A DNA stretch of 60,872 nucleotides, counting the filler. It is 8 parts of 8 records of this genome, joined end to end, with 100 filler letters (N's around TTAATTAATTAA, not from the genome) between each part and the next. Parts side by side here need not be neighbours in the genome. Positions count along the whole stretch, not along the records: positions 36,474 to 42,633 come from SRR31156797_38836; positions 42,734 to 54,648 come from SRR31156797_38849; 6 more parts are not named here. One strand, 5' to 3'. A program made the position numbers and the translations under genes. Below, piece after piece: positions 39,825 to 49,867 of the stretch. The notes below the pieces were generated by a model. That model saw only the letters and a program-made list of their open reading frames with translations, did not search any database and was not told where the DNA came from. Every line of letters begins with the position of its first letter. The stretch's first letter is position 1.

Positions 39825-42587
39825 TTAATGCGCATCGAACCAATCTTCCCCTACCCCAATATCCACCTTCAGCGGCACTTTCAAATCGGATGCTGATTCC
39901 ATGATGCTTTGCACTTTGTTTTTCAGCAGATCCAGTTCATCGGGATGAACCTCAAAGACCAGCTCATCATGAACCTGTAAGATCATTTTTGACTTGATCT
40001 TTTCTTTGATCATCCAGTCACGGATGCGTGCCATGGCGATCTTGATGATATCAGCAGCAGTTCCCTGAATGGGCATATTGATGGCAATTCGTTTGGCGGC
40101 TTCAGCCAGATTGCGATTTTCGGAGTTAATGTCCCTGATGGAAAGTTTACGTCCGTATATGGTTGATACATAGCCCTTTTCTTTGCATTCAGCCACTGTA
40201 TTGTCAATGTATTCACGAACACCGGTGTAGCGCTCGAAATAGGATTTAATGATGGCTCCCGCTTCCCCGTAACCGATATTCAATTCCTGAGAAATACGAT
40301 GAGAACCGGCTCCATACATAATGCCGAAATTGATCACTTTGGCTGTTCGGCGCATGTCCGGGGTGACGTCTTCTTGCGACACATTGAATACTGTCGCTGC
40401 TGTATGTGTGTGAATATCAGCATCTTGCAAAAATGCCTCAAGCAGATTCGGATCTTCGGAGATATGGGCAGCTACTCTTAATTCTACCTGGGAATAATCG
40501 GCCGCCAGGATGCTCCAACCCTTGTTCTGCGCCTTAAAGGCGTGACGGATCTCCCGTCCCATCTCTGTACGAATGGGAATGTTCTGAAAATTCGGATTGG
40601 ATGAAGACAATCGACCCGTAGAAGCTACGGTCTGATTAAAGGACCCGTGCACGCGGCCGGTATTCGGATTCACCAGCACCGGCAATGCATCTACGTAAGT
40701 GGAGCGCAACTTGGTCAGCATACGAAATTCAAGGATCTTTTCGGGCAATGGATGTTCGTTCTTAAGTTTTTCCAAAACCGTCACATCGGTGGAATATCCT
40801 GTTTTGGTTTTCTTCACCGGTGGCAGCTTGAGTTTTTCAAAAAGGATCTGTCCCAATTGCTTGGGTGAGTTGATATTGAATACACCACCTGCAATATCGT
40901 ATATCTTTTCCATGGTCTTCGTCATTTTCTGACCGATATTCCGACTCATTTTCTTTAGAAATGCAGTATCAAGATAAACACCGTCGAGTTCCATATCTTC
41001 CAAAACGGGTACAAGGGGCATTTCTATCTCTTCAAAAACCTGAAGAAGATCGGCTTCTTCAAGTTTCTTGTTGAAAACATCGTAAAGCTGGTAAGTAATG
41101 TCCGCATCTTCAGCGGCATAGAAAGTGATCTTGTCCAGGTCAACCTGAGACATGGGGATCTGAGTGCTTTTTTTCTCACCGATCAGATCGGTAATAGGTT
41201 GCATATGGTAATGAAGATAGCGTTCAGACAAAAGATCAAGTTTATAGGAATTCAATTCGGGATTCAGCAAATAAGCTGCCAACATCGTGTCAAACAGTTT
41301 GCCTTTAACCTCTGCACCGTGCTGCTTTAACACTAACATGTCAAATTTAATATGCTGTCCAACTTTAAGGATCTTTTCATTCTCAAGAGCCGGTTTGAAG
41401 GCATCTAGAAACTCGGGTTTGTAAGGAATGTAATATGCCTTCCATGGAGAAAATGCAAAAGAGAAACCAACCAACGGCGCTCTTACAGGATCAACACCAT
41501 CCGTCTCCGTATCAAAAGCGAATACCTTCTGCTTTTCCAGCTTTTCAGCCAGATCTTTCACTTTCTCTATCGTATCACATAGCAAATATTCCTGTTTCGT
41601 CCCTTGTCCGCCATAGTCTTGACGAAGGTGGATCCCCTCTTCTTCCTTCTGCGTTCCGAATTTCTTCGGAACTTCGTCGGACAGGCCCTCTCCTGTACTC
41701 ACACCTTCAAGTCCTAAATCTTTAACAAATTTATAAAGTTCTAAATCTTTCAGATGCTTTAATAACTCTTCCCGATTGAAATCTCCATCGGCCTTCATAT
41801 CGCGCCATTCGGTACTCACGGGTACGTTGACGTCAATAGTGGCCAGTTCGCGGCTTAAACGCGCCATATCCGCCTCTTCCAGCAGTTTATTGCGGGCCTT
41901 TTCGTTCGCAATATCAGGTGCAGCGGATAAAAGACCTTCCATTGACCCATACTTCTGCAAATATTTAACGGCTGTCTTTTCTCCAACTCCCTTGATACCG
42001 GGAATATTGTCCGAACTATCCCCCATCAATCCAAGTAGATCAATGATCTTATCCGGTTCAACTCCCCACTTTTCTTTCACACCGGCCGGATCGTAAACGG
42101 TCAACGGACGTTTGCCGGTTGCCGGTGAGTATAAAAATATATGCTTGGTGACCAATTGCATGAAATCCTTATCACCGGAGACCATGTAGGTATCGATCTT
42201 TTCCTTTTCCGCGCGTTTAGCAAGTGTTCCAATAATATCATCGGCCTCGAAGCCCGGCATTTCGATCATGGGAATGTTCATAGCAGCCAGAATATCCTTG
42301 ATCCATTGGATCTGTGGACGCATTTCAAAGGGCATTTTTTCGCGCGTTGCCTTATATTCGGGAAATTTCTCATGCCGAAAGGTTTTTTCTTTAGAATCAA
42401 AAGCCACTGCAAGATAATCGGGCTTTTCGTCCCGAACGATCTTGAGCAAAGCATTCAAAAACCCATATGTAGCGGATATATGACGGCCGTCGGAGGTAAC
42501 AAGCGGATTGCGGATCAGGGCGAAGTGGGCACGGTATGCGATGGCCATGCCATCAATAATAAATAATCTATTTAAGCTTTTTGTCAT
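39825..42587 (-). CDS. polA: DNA polymerase I
   Basis: 5'-3' exo IDG..AYRA, EADD, GDSSDNIPG; 3'-5' exo FDTET, YAAEDA; pol TGRLSS.NPN.QNIP, DYSQVELR, AKVINFG, QVHDE. Confidence 0.97.
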   Translation of the reverse strand: MTKSLNRLFIIDGMAIAYRAHFALIRNPLVTSDGRHISATYGFLNALLKIVRDEKPDYLAVAFDSKEKTFRHEKFPEYKATREKMPFEMRPQIQWIKDILAAMNIPMIEMPGFEADDIIGTLAKRAEKEKIDTYMVSGDKDFMQLVTKHIFLYSPATGKRPLTVYDPAGVKEKWGVEPDKIIDLLGLMGDSSDNIPGIKGVGEKTAVKYLQKYGSMEGLLSAAPDIANEKARNKLLEEADMARLSRELATIDVNVPVSTEWRDMKADGDFNREELLKHLKDLELYKFVKDLGLEGVSTGEGLSDEVPKKFGTQKEEEGIHLRQDYGGQGTKQEYLLCDTIEKVKDLAEKLEKQKVFAFDTETDGVDPVRAPLVGFSFAFSPWKAYYIPYKPEFLDAFKPALENEKILKVGQHIKFDMLVLKQHGAEVKGKLFDTMLAAYLLNPELNSYKLDLLSERYLHYHMQPITDLIGEKKSTQIPMSQVDLDKITFYAAEDADITYQLYDVFNKKLEEADLLQVFEEIEMPLVPVLEDMELDGVYLDTAFLKKMSRNIGQKMTKTMEKIYDIAGGVFNINSPKQLGQILFEKLKLPPVKKTKTGYSTDVTVLEKLKNEHPLPEKILEFRMLTKLRSTYVDALPVLVNPNTGRVHGSFNQTVASTGRLSSSNPNFQNIPIRTEMGREIRHAFKAQNKGWSILAADYSQVELRVAAHISEDPNLLEAFLQDADIHTHTAATVFNVSQEDVTPDMRRTAKVINFGIMYGAGSHRISQELNIGYGEAGAIIKSYFERYTGVREYIDNTVAECKEKGYVSTIYGRKLSIRDINSENRNLAEAAKRIAINMPIQGTAADIIKIAMARIRDWMIKEKIKSKMILQVHDELVFEVHPDELDLLKNKVQSIMESASDLKVPLKVDIGVGEDWFDAH
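41603..41685. repeat. Palindromic repeat doublet inserted in-frame within polA
   Basis: CTTGTCCGCCATAGTCTTGACGAAGGTGGA and an inverted relative ending ...CTTCGTCGGACAGG with an internal GTTCCGAA/TTCGGAAC stem. Confidence 0.7.
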
Positions 42588-42633
42588 TTTATCTCATAAG
42601 TTTTTTTGAATTTCGGGTTTTTTCTTTAATTTA

Positions 42634-42733
42634 NNNNNNNNNNNNNNNNNNNNNNNNNNNNNNNNNNNNNNNNNNNNTTAATTAATTAANNNNNNNNNNN
42701 NNNNNNNNNNNNNNNNNNNNNNNNNNNNNNNNN
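42634..42733. other. Artificial contig linker
   Basis: 44 N + TTAATTAATTAA + 44 N. Confidence 0.99.
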
Positions 42734-42985
42734 ATGGAGGCCCTGGAGGACCGGATGGATTCCTACAGGGACGATCTTCAGAACAGAGGCGAAGCCCTGA
42801 TCAGGGAGTATGAGGACAAGGCCCGTGCGGAAGCGGAGGCCCTGAAGGCCGAGGCGGAAGCGGAAGCTGCCAGATTGCGGGCTGAGGCTGAAAGAAAGGC
42901 GAAAGAAGAAGAGGAGAGGGCCAAAGCCGAGGCACAGAAAAAGCTGGAAGAAGAGGCCTCCAAGCTCAAGCTTCCGGGATTCTGA
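42734..42985 (+). CDS. Coiled-coil C-terminal fragment of a larger protein (5' truncated)
   Basis: A/E/K-rich heptads ending KLKLPGF; begins at the contig edge. Confidence 0.6.
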   Translation: MEALEDRMDSYRDDLQNRGEALIREYEDKARAEAEALKAEAEAEAARLRAEAERKAKEEEERAKAEAQKKLEEEASKLKLPGF

Positions 42986-43059
42986 CGAGACCTTCCCGGC
43001 TCACCGGTCTTTAAGAGGCGGCTTTTGGCGCATAAAACGCCATTCCTCGGCGGTACCGG

Positions 43060-43851
43060 CTAGGAAACCACCGCGCCTTTGTAAACGGGGGTCTTTACGG
43101 GGGCGTAGAGCTCTTCCTTGCTCTTCCATGCGGAGTGCAGGGAACAGAGCAGTTCCTCACCCCCGAAGTAGTCATGACGGTAGCGGCCGCCGCCCAGATC
43201 CCGGCTGCGGATCTGTACGGTTCCTCCCCGCTTCATCTCCCTTTTATAGAGGATGGAGAAGGAGGCTATCTGACTTTCCGAAAACACATCCAGGGGGACC
43301 GCCTCGCTCAGCCACTCCAGATAGCGGACATTGTGCACATGGGCGGAGCTGTCTATGTCCCGTCTGCGTACGGGAATATCGGTGATGCCGTATCCCTCCA
43401 GACCAAAGAATTTCTCTTTGACATAGGCCCCGGGAAATCCGGGCGCCGATGAACAGCCCCAGCCCCTGTGAAAGGCCCGGGGAATGGCCTTGAGGTGCCG
43501 GCCTTCAAGATCCATAAAGATCCATAGGGTGGAAATCTCTCCCAAGAGCTCTCCCGCAGGGGTAGTGATGCGGAACTCACGGTATCCCCTGTACCGTTCC
43601 AGGGAGCTGATGCGGCTTTCGATGCGGAAGGTCTCTCCGTATCCGGGATAACGGTACATCTCTGACCGGGCTCCCTTGAGAACCCAGGCCTCCCCCTCGC
43701 TGAGCAGGGAGAACATATCCCGGCCGATCATACGGCAATGGAGCTCCGCCGTATCCTCCAGCTCCTCCCAGAGCAGGGACGGGGATATCCGCCCGTCCTG
43801 AAAAACGGATCTGTAGCCCAACTGGATCTCTCTGGTGATTACAGGCTGCAC
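43060..43851 (-). CDS. Acyl-ACP thioesterase
   Basis: Double hotdog; WVL..., RDIDSSAHVHNVRYLEW, YKRE; SD GGGAGG before GTG at 43851. Confidence 0.85.
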   Translation of the reverse strand: MQPVITREIQLGYRSVFQDGRISPSLLWEELEDTAELHCRMIGRDMFSLLSEGEAWVLKGARSEMYRYPGYGETFRIESRISSLERYRGYREFRITTPAGELLGEISTLWIFMDLEGRHLKAIPRAFHRGWGCSSAPGFPGAYVKEKFFGLEGYGITDIPVRRRDIDSSAHVHNVRYLEWLSEAVPLDVFSESQIASFSILYKREMKRGGTVQIRSRDLGGGRYRHDYFGGEELLCSLHSAWKSKEELYAPVKTPVYKGAVVS

Positions 43852-43962
43852 GGTCTTTCCCTCCCGGATGACTCCAGTATAGAGGGCTATGCGGGCGCGG
43901 GCCATAAACATCCGGCGCCGGGAGAGAAATTAACACACTTTTATTTTACTAGTGGAATATTA

Positions 43963-44877
43963 CTAGAGCTCGCCCCGCAGTACGTTCAGCATCTCCACGC
44001 GGGACCTCTGCCCCGTCTTCTTGTAGATGCTGGCCACATGGTTGCTCACGGTGTTGGCAGAGATAAACAGCTCGCTACCGATTTCCTTATAGGTCAGCCC
44101 CTTTTCCAGAAAGAGGATGATCTCCCTCTCCCGGCCTGTGATGCCCCGCTCCTCGAAGAAGGAGAGGGGCTTCTCGCTCAGAGGCAGGGGAACCTTGTCG
44201 GAACTGAGGATGCGATTCATCAGGAAGTAGATGATCACCCCCGCCAGCCAGTTGAAGTACATGGTCTGGACGGGAAAGAGAAGCAGCTCGTTATCCACTC
44301 CCGGATAGAAGAGCTCTGCCGCCACCCGGACCACCAGCAGGACGGGGAGGAAGATAAAGGTCCCCGAGAAAAGAAGGGTAACCGTCAGCCGCCCCCGTCT
44401 GTCCCGTATCAGAGGAAGGGAGCGCAGGGCATCCATGAGCACGAACACAAAGGCGGTGAAGAAGAAAAAGCCCTGGGGAAGGTTCCATATGGGGGAGATC
44501 CCCTTGATCAGGAGGACGACGCCGGAGATAAAGTAGGAGACCGAGGCTCCGATGATCCACCACAGCCTGATCTTCTTCCAGGGCCGGTTCAGCAGATAGT
44601 TGATGGTGGCTGAAAGATAGTAGATCAGGAGGGAGTAACCCGTCACATAGAGAAGCCGGACGGTGATCCGCACCACATCGCTCCGCAGGCCCGCGATCTC
44701 GTAGAGATAGAAGCGCAGCCCCGAGGTGAACAGCAGAAAAAGGATAAAGCCCAGAAAGAGACAGCCCTTGAACTTCCAGAGCTTCCTCTCCTTCAGATGG
44801 TACAGGATGCCCAGGATAAAGGCGGCCGTCATCAGTGCGAACGAAAGGATATAGAAGAAGAATAAGAGATGTCTCAC
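43963..44877 (-). CDS. Membrane-anchored LuxR-family transcriptional regulator
   Basis: About 7 TM helices, then ITGREREI...GLTYKEIG..LFISANTVSNHV..IYKK. Confidence 0.9.
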   Translation of the reverse strand: MRHLLFFFYILSFALMTAAFILGILYHLKERKLWKFKGCLFLGFILFLLFTSGLRFYLYEIAGLRSDVVRITVRLLYVTGYSLLIYYLSATINYLLNRPWKKIRLWWIIGASVSYFISGVVLLIKGISPIWNLPQGFFFFTAFVFVLMDALRSLPLIRDRRGRLTVTLLFSGTFIFLPVLLVVRVAAELFYPGVDNELLLFPVQTMYFNWLAGVIIYFLMNRILSSDKVPLPLSEKPLSFFEERGITGREREIILFLEKGLTYKEIGSELFISANTVSNHVASIYKKTGQRSRVEMLNVLRGEL

Positions 44878-44972
44878 CGGCTGCCCCTTAACAATGATAA
44901 ATCAGAATGTCACCGGATCAATTCTAAATCAATATTCCCTTTCTGACTATCCGGACGGACCGGACCGGCGGC

Positions 44973-47681
44973 TTACAGAGGGTCGCCGGTCCTCAGAATC
45001 TCCAGAACCTCTCTCCGCTGCTCCTCGAGGAGGGGAAGAAGGGCGGCATAGCCCTTATGCAGATGCTCCCGTCTCATGTCGTCGAAGAGTCGCTCCTCCT
45101 GCAGATGCTCAAGGAGGGCCCTCCGTTCGTCCCGACCGATCTCTTTCAGAACGGATTGGAAGACATCCCGCCCCCTGGGCTGCCTTCCGCGGATATACAA
45201 AAAGTCATACACCAGGGCGGTCAGACGGCTCTCAGTCGTCCGGGAGAGGAGGATCTCCCGGAAAAGCTGCCTGTAGTCTCCCCGGCGCAGCCTTATGTCC
45301 TCCCTGTATTTTGCGATTCCCTCTACCACGGCTCCCGCCACGGCAGTCCATATCTTCTGCTGGACGATGGGAGGCAGGGGGAGGACCATGGCGGAGAGGG
45401 CGGCCAGAGGAAAGCTGTAAAAGCTGCGGGCGCCGTTGATCAGGGCGGTCAGAGGCTTATAGCCCCGGATAAGGGTCGTGGCGCCCGTATAGATCCAGGA
45501 CGCCAGGCCCAGCAAAAGAAAGAGGGAGAGGGAGCGGGATCCCCCCGTCAGGGACATCCCGTTCAGAACGCCTTCTATGCGGTAGGAGACGTTGCCCAGC
45601 ACGGGGATGGCCGCTCCCGTAAAGAACAGGTAGGAGGCCAGATCCTTTCCATTGATGAGAGAGCGGCTGTAGCGCTTCAGCTTCCGGCCCCCGTGGGAAA
45701 CCAGATCCGAAAAGACCGACTGAAGCAGGCTGATCAGGAACCAGAGGAGGATGTAATACGGATCCAGGCTCCCCTTCACCGGAAGGAGGGAGATCAGGAT
45801 CCCCAATACGATCAGTATGCCGTTGCGAACCGTGGTGTTAACGTTTTTCAGGCGGCTGAGGAGGGAGATCTTCTCCTTCTTCCTCTGGTTCGTCCGGGCC
45901 GTAGGATTGCCCAGAAGGATGACCGCCGAACGGGAGAGGCGGTTCAGCAGCCTGAAGGAACCGCAGCGCTCCAGAGGGAAGGGCAGAACCTCCGGATTCT
46001 CACCCAGGCGAAACGGCAGGGCGTAATGCCCCGCCAGCCCCCGCAGGGAGGAGCGGAATCCCAACAGGGAGAGGCGTGGGATCAGAAAGCCCATTCCCGG
46101 AGAGGCGATGCTGTAATCGTTGGAACCGCTTCCCAGCTTGACCTTAAACTCATCGTCCCCCCCTGCGATCATCTGCAGAGCCGCGTCGGCGAGAAGCACC
46201 TTGAAACGCTCTCCCCGCTTGTCGATAAGACCGAGATTACGGGCCTTGCGGAACAGGGCCTTAACCGATCCCTGGTTGTAGATGGAGACAAGCTCCACCA
46301 GCTCGCGAAGCTCATCCTCATCCTCGCGATGGTTGAAGAAGTACTTCGTATTGAACAGCTCCACCCCGTTGACCGTGCCCGCGTAGCGGAGGAGGGTCTC
46401 CAGAAAAGCGGGCAGTCCGGCATGCCGGGGAAAGGCGAGGACCACGTCCAGCCCCAGAGACCTGAGCTCCTTCAGGTATTCGGGGAAGCCCGGGATGGAT
46501 ACGGAAAACTCCAGATCCTCAGAGAGGTAACGGGCGGTGAACTCCTCGTGATCCATCTTATGGTACTCCCGGTCCAGGCGCTCCACCTTCTCCACCAGAG
46601 CGCCGACCTCCCGGTTTTTCATCTTCTTCAGCTTCCCCATAAGGGGAGCGAATTCCTCCAGATCGAAGCTCTCCACCCTCCGCCGCAGAACGGCGCCGTA
46701 GTTCTGGTAGAGATAATGCCCCAGAGAGGGGATGGAAAGCTGGTTGATCTTGATCGTTCCCAGGAGATCGTCAAGAGAGACCGCGGGAAGCTTCAGCTCC
46801 GGATAGCGTTCAAAGCCCTTGTTCAGCCCCGGACGGACCTTGCGGTTAAAACGGCGTATCTCTTTGGACACCGCTTTCTGCCTGGCCTCGGACACCCGGG
46901 CCAGCTCAGCCTGAAAGGCCCGCAGTTTCGGATGGTCAAGACAGGAATCATATCCTTCGGGAGACGAACAACCGGGAAAGTAAAGAAGGAAATTCTGTTT
47001 GCCCTTCCCCCTTCCGTGGGAAAACTCCAGAGCGAAATCCACATCGATGCCCAAAAGGCTCCCCGCCTCAAGCACGACGGGGACGATCTGTCTGTGTATC
47101 TCGTTGATATGGACGATGGTAATCCGGGACAGCCCCTTGATGTAGGCGTCCACCAGGACCTGGAGGGCCGTTCTCTTGCCCAGGCTGAAGCTGTCGTAAA
47201 CCCGGTCGTCGAAGCCGCCTTCCACGGAGTTGAGCGGCCTGTCCGGAAGGACGCTGAGATGAAACCTCTGGGTCAGAAGAGCGCGGATCTGGGAGGGGGA
47301 ACCCTCCAGAACCCTTCTGTAAAGGGAGAGAAAAGAGAGGCAGCGCTCGGGCTCCTCCCGGCTCTTCACCGCTTCCCTGACCACGGCCATCAGCAGGCGG
47401 GTTTTGTTCAGATCGAACTGAAACCCGAGGGCCAGGCAGTTCAAGGCGTCCAGAGAGCAGTCGGGGCGGCTGAAGTAATCGGGACGGGAGAGCTTCTCAT
47501 AGTTGATCAGCCCCCTGGTGACGGGGCTGAGAACGGCATGGTTGATACCGTGGAATCCCGACTGAAGATAGGGGCTCCTCTCCCTGTCCTCCCGATTCAG
47601 AAAGGTCAGGGCCTCCTGAATTCCCCGGTCCACATAAACACGGTCCACCGCATTGAACAGATTCTGTTTCTCGCCCCTCAT
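44973..47681 (-). CDS. Large membrane protein with degenerate PHP-like domain
   Basis: FDDRVYD...DAYIKG...ALEF...GVELFN...GSGS spacing resembles PHP motifs; C-terminal TM bundle. Confidence 0.6.
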   Translation of the reverse strand: MRGEKQNLFNAVDRVYVDRGIQEALTFLNREDRERSPYLQSGFHGINHAVLSPVTRGLINYEKLSRPDYFSRPDCSLDALNCLALGFQFDLNKTRLLMAVVREAVKSREEPERCLSFLSLYRRVLEGSPSQIRALLTQRFHLSVLPDRPLNSVEGGFDDRVYDSFSLGKRTALQVLVDAYIKGLSRITIVHINEIHRQIVPVVLEAGSLLGIDVDFALEFSHGRGKGKQNFLLYFPGCSSPEGYDSCLDHPKLRAFQAELARVSEARQKAVSKEIRRFNRKVRPGLNKGFERYPELKLPAVSLDDLLGTIKINQLSIPSLGHYLYQNYGAVLRRRVESFDLEEFAPLMGKLKKMKNREVGALVEKVERLDREYHKMDHEEFTARYLSEDLEFSVSIPGFPEYLKELRSLGLDVVLAFPRHAGLPAFLETLLRYAGTVNGVELFNTKYFFNHREDEDELRELVELVSIYNQGSVKALFRKARNLGLIDKRGERFKVLLADAALQMIAGGDDEFKVKLGSGSNDYSIASPGMGFLIPRLSLLGFRSSLRGLAGHYALPFRLGENPEVLPFPLERCGSFRLLNRLSRSAVILLGNPTARTNQRKKEKISLLSRLKNVNTTVRNGILIVLGILISLLPVKGSLDPYYILLWFLISLLQSVFSDLVSHGGRKLKRYSRSLINGKDLASYLFFTGAAIPVLGNVSYRIEGVLNGMSLTGGSRSLSLFLLLGLASWIYTGATTLIRGYKPLTALINGARSFYSFPLAALSAMVLPLPPIVQQKIWTAVAGAVVEGIAKYREDIRLRRGDYRQLFREILLSRTTESRLTALVYDFLYIRGRQPRGRDVFQSVLKEIGRDERRALLEHLQEERLFDDMRREHLHKGYAALLPLLEEQRREVLEILRTGDPL

Positions 47682-47808
47682 CCGCGCACCATCACATCCA
47701 CAACATGCACCCTATCCCGAGATTAATCAAGAAAAGAAAGAAATTCTGGAAAGCGGGGCGGGACAGGATTAGAATGAAACAAACCTTACTAATACGGGAG
47801 TGTATAGA

Positions 47809-49191
47809 ATGGCGGAAAAGACCCTTTACAATAAGGTATGGGATTCACATAAAGCGGGGGTCCTTCCCAACGGGCAGACCCAGCTGCTGATAGGCCTTCA
47901 TCTGATCCATGAGGTGACCAGCCCCCAGGCCTTCCACGCCCTGCGGGAGAAGGGGCTGCCCGTTGCCTTCCCGGAGCGCTGCTTCGCCACCTGCGACCAT
48001 ATCATCCCCACGGATTCGGACAGCCGCCCCTTCGCCGACGGCCAGGCGGAGGAGATGATGCGCGCCCTGGAAAAAAATACGGAAGAGTTCGGGATCCCCT
48101 TCTTCAATCCCGGGACGGGGAAGCAGGGGATCGTCCATATGGTGGGCCCCGAAACGGGACTGACCCAGCCCGGGATGACCATAGCCTGCGGCGATTCCCA
48201 TACCTCCACCCACGGAGCCTTCGGAACCCTGGCCTTCGGCATAGGGACAAGCCAGGTCAGGGACGTTCTGGCCACGGGCTGCCTGACCATGGACAGGCTC
48301 GGGGTCCGTCGGATCGAGGTGAACGGAAAGCTGAGGAAGGGCGTCACCCCCAAGGACGTGATCCTCTATATCATCAACCGGCTGGGGGTCAAAGGGGGGC
48401 TGGGATACGCCTACGAATACGGGGGAGAGGTCTTTGATTCCATGAGCATGGAAGGGCGGATGACCGTCTGCAACATGTCCATAGAGGGCGGGGCCCGGGC
48501 GGGCTACGTGAACCCGGATGAGACGACCTTCGCCTATCTTAAGGGAAGGGAGTACGCCCCCCGGGGAGAGGCCTGGGAGAGGGCGGTCGAGTGGTGGAAA
48601 ACCCTTCCCTCCGAACCCGACGCGGTCTATGACGATCTGGTCCGCTTTGATGCGGATGACATCGCGCCCATGGTGACCTGGGGCATAACGCCGGCCCAGA
48701 GCGTCGCCGCAGACGGGAATCTGCCGTCCGGGGAGGGGCTGGAAGAGGCCTTCAGGCATATGAAGCTGAGCCCCGGTCAGAGGGCCGTGGACATCCCCGT
48801 TCAAGTCGCCTTTATAGGCAGCTGCACCAACGGCAGGATCTCGGATCTGAGGGAGGCCGCCCGGATGGTCCGGGGGAAGAGCCTAGCCCGGGGGGTCCGG
48901 GGCATCGTCGTCCCCGGTTCCCAGAGGGTTCGCAAGCAGGCCATGGAGGAGGGGCTGGACCGGATCTTCGAAGAGGCGGGTTTCGAGTGGCGCCTGCCCG
49001 GTTGCTCCATGTGCCTGGCCATGAACCCGGACAAGCTCCGGGGGGATGAGATCTCCGCCAGCTCCAGCAACAGGAATTTCATAGGGCGGCAGGGCAGCGC
49101 CGAGGGAAGAACCCTGCTCATGTCTCCGGCCATGGTGGCTGCGGCGGCGCTGAAGGGGCATGTCTGCGATATAAGGGAGGAGGAATCATGA
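47809..49191 (+). CDS. leuC: 3-isopropylmalate dehydratase large subunit
   Basis: [48 protein letters not shown]. Confidence 0.97.
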   Translation: MAEKTLYNKVWDSHKAGVLPNGQTQLLIGLHLIHEVTSPQAFHALREKGLPVAFPERCFATCDHIIPTDSDSRPFADGQAEEMMRALEKNTEEFGIPFFNPGTGKQGIVHMVGPETGLTQPGMTIACGDSHTSTHGAFGTLAFGIGTSQVRDVLATGCLTMDRLGVRRIEVNGKLRKGVTPKDVILYIINRLGVKGGLGYAYEYGGEVFDSMSMEGRMTVCNMSIEGGARAGYVNPDETTFAYLKGREYAPRGEAWERAVEWWKTLPSEPDAVYDDLVRFDADDIAPMVTWGITPAQSVAADGNLPSGEGLEEAFRHMKLSPGQRAVDIPVQVAFIGSCTNGRISDLREAARMVRGKSLARGVRGIVVPGSQRVRKQAMEEGLDRIFEEAGFEWRLPGCSMCLAMNPDKLRGDEISASSSNRNFIGRQGSAEGRTLLMSPAMVAAAALKGHVCDIREEES

Positions 49192-49790
49192 GCGAGATCA
49201 GGACGGTACGGGGAAGGGCCCTGAGCCTGCGGGGAAACGACATAGACACGGACAGGATCATTCCGGCCCGATTCCTCAAGGAGATAAGCTTCGCCCGCAT
49301 GGGGGAGTACCCCTTCTTTGACGAGCGCTTTCGTAAGGACGGAACGGAGAAGGATCACCCCTTCAACAGGCCCGAAAGGCAGGGGGCGTCCCTTCTTGTG
49401 GTCAATGACAACTTCGGCTGCGGCTCCAGCAGGGAGCACGCCCCCCAGGCCCTCTACCGCTGGGGGATCAGGGCCGTCATAGCCGAGTCCCTGGCCGAGA
49501 TCTTTGCGGGGAACTGCGCCATGATAGGGATGCCGGGGGTCACCATGAACGGGGAGGACATCAAAGAGCTGCAGGCATTGAGCGATGCCGATCCGAAGCT
49601 GGAGTTCACCCTCGACCTGGAATCCAAAACCGTGAGCTGCGGGGAACGGAGCTTTCCCGTTGAGATCCCCGAGTCGCGCCGCCGGGCCCTGACAGACGGA
49701 AGCTGGGACAGCACGGCCCTGCTCCTGTCCCACCTGGACCTGGCCCGTAAAACAGCTGATTCCCTGCCCTATATGAAGGGCTTCCTGTAG
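49188..49790 (+). CDS. leuD: 3-isopropylmalate dehydratase small subunit
   Basis: [29 protein letters not shown] overlap with leuC. Confidence 0.97.
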   Translation: MSEIRTVRGRALSLRGNDIDTDRIIPARFLKEISFARMGEYPFFDERFRKDGTEKDHPFNRPERQGASLLVVNDNFGCGSSREHAPQALYRWGIRAVIAESLAEIFAGNCAMIGMPGVTMNGEDIKELQALSDADPKLEFTLDLESKTVSCGERSFPVEIPESRRRALTDGSWDSTALLLSHLDLARKTADSLPYMKGFL

Positions 49791-49867
49791 ACAGGACGGG
49801 CCCCGTCCCTTAAACTCACTTGCTCTCTGAGCGATGTCAGGGTATTCTCAGAAAGGCAGGAGGCCTC

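Noticed and set aside
45057-47726. 889-aa plus-strand ORF
   Set aside because: Antisense shadow of the 902-aa gene in GC-rich DNA; no motifs and implausible composition
47845-49733. Long minus-strand ORFs over leuC and leuD
   Set aside because: Antisense shadows of highly conserved genes
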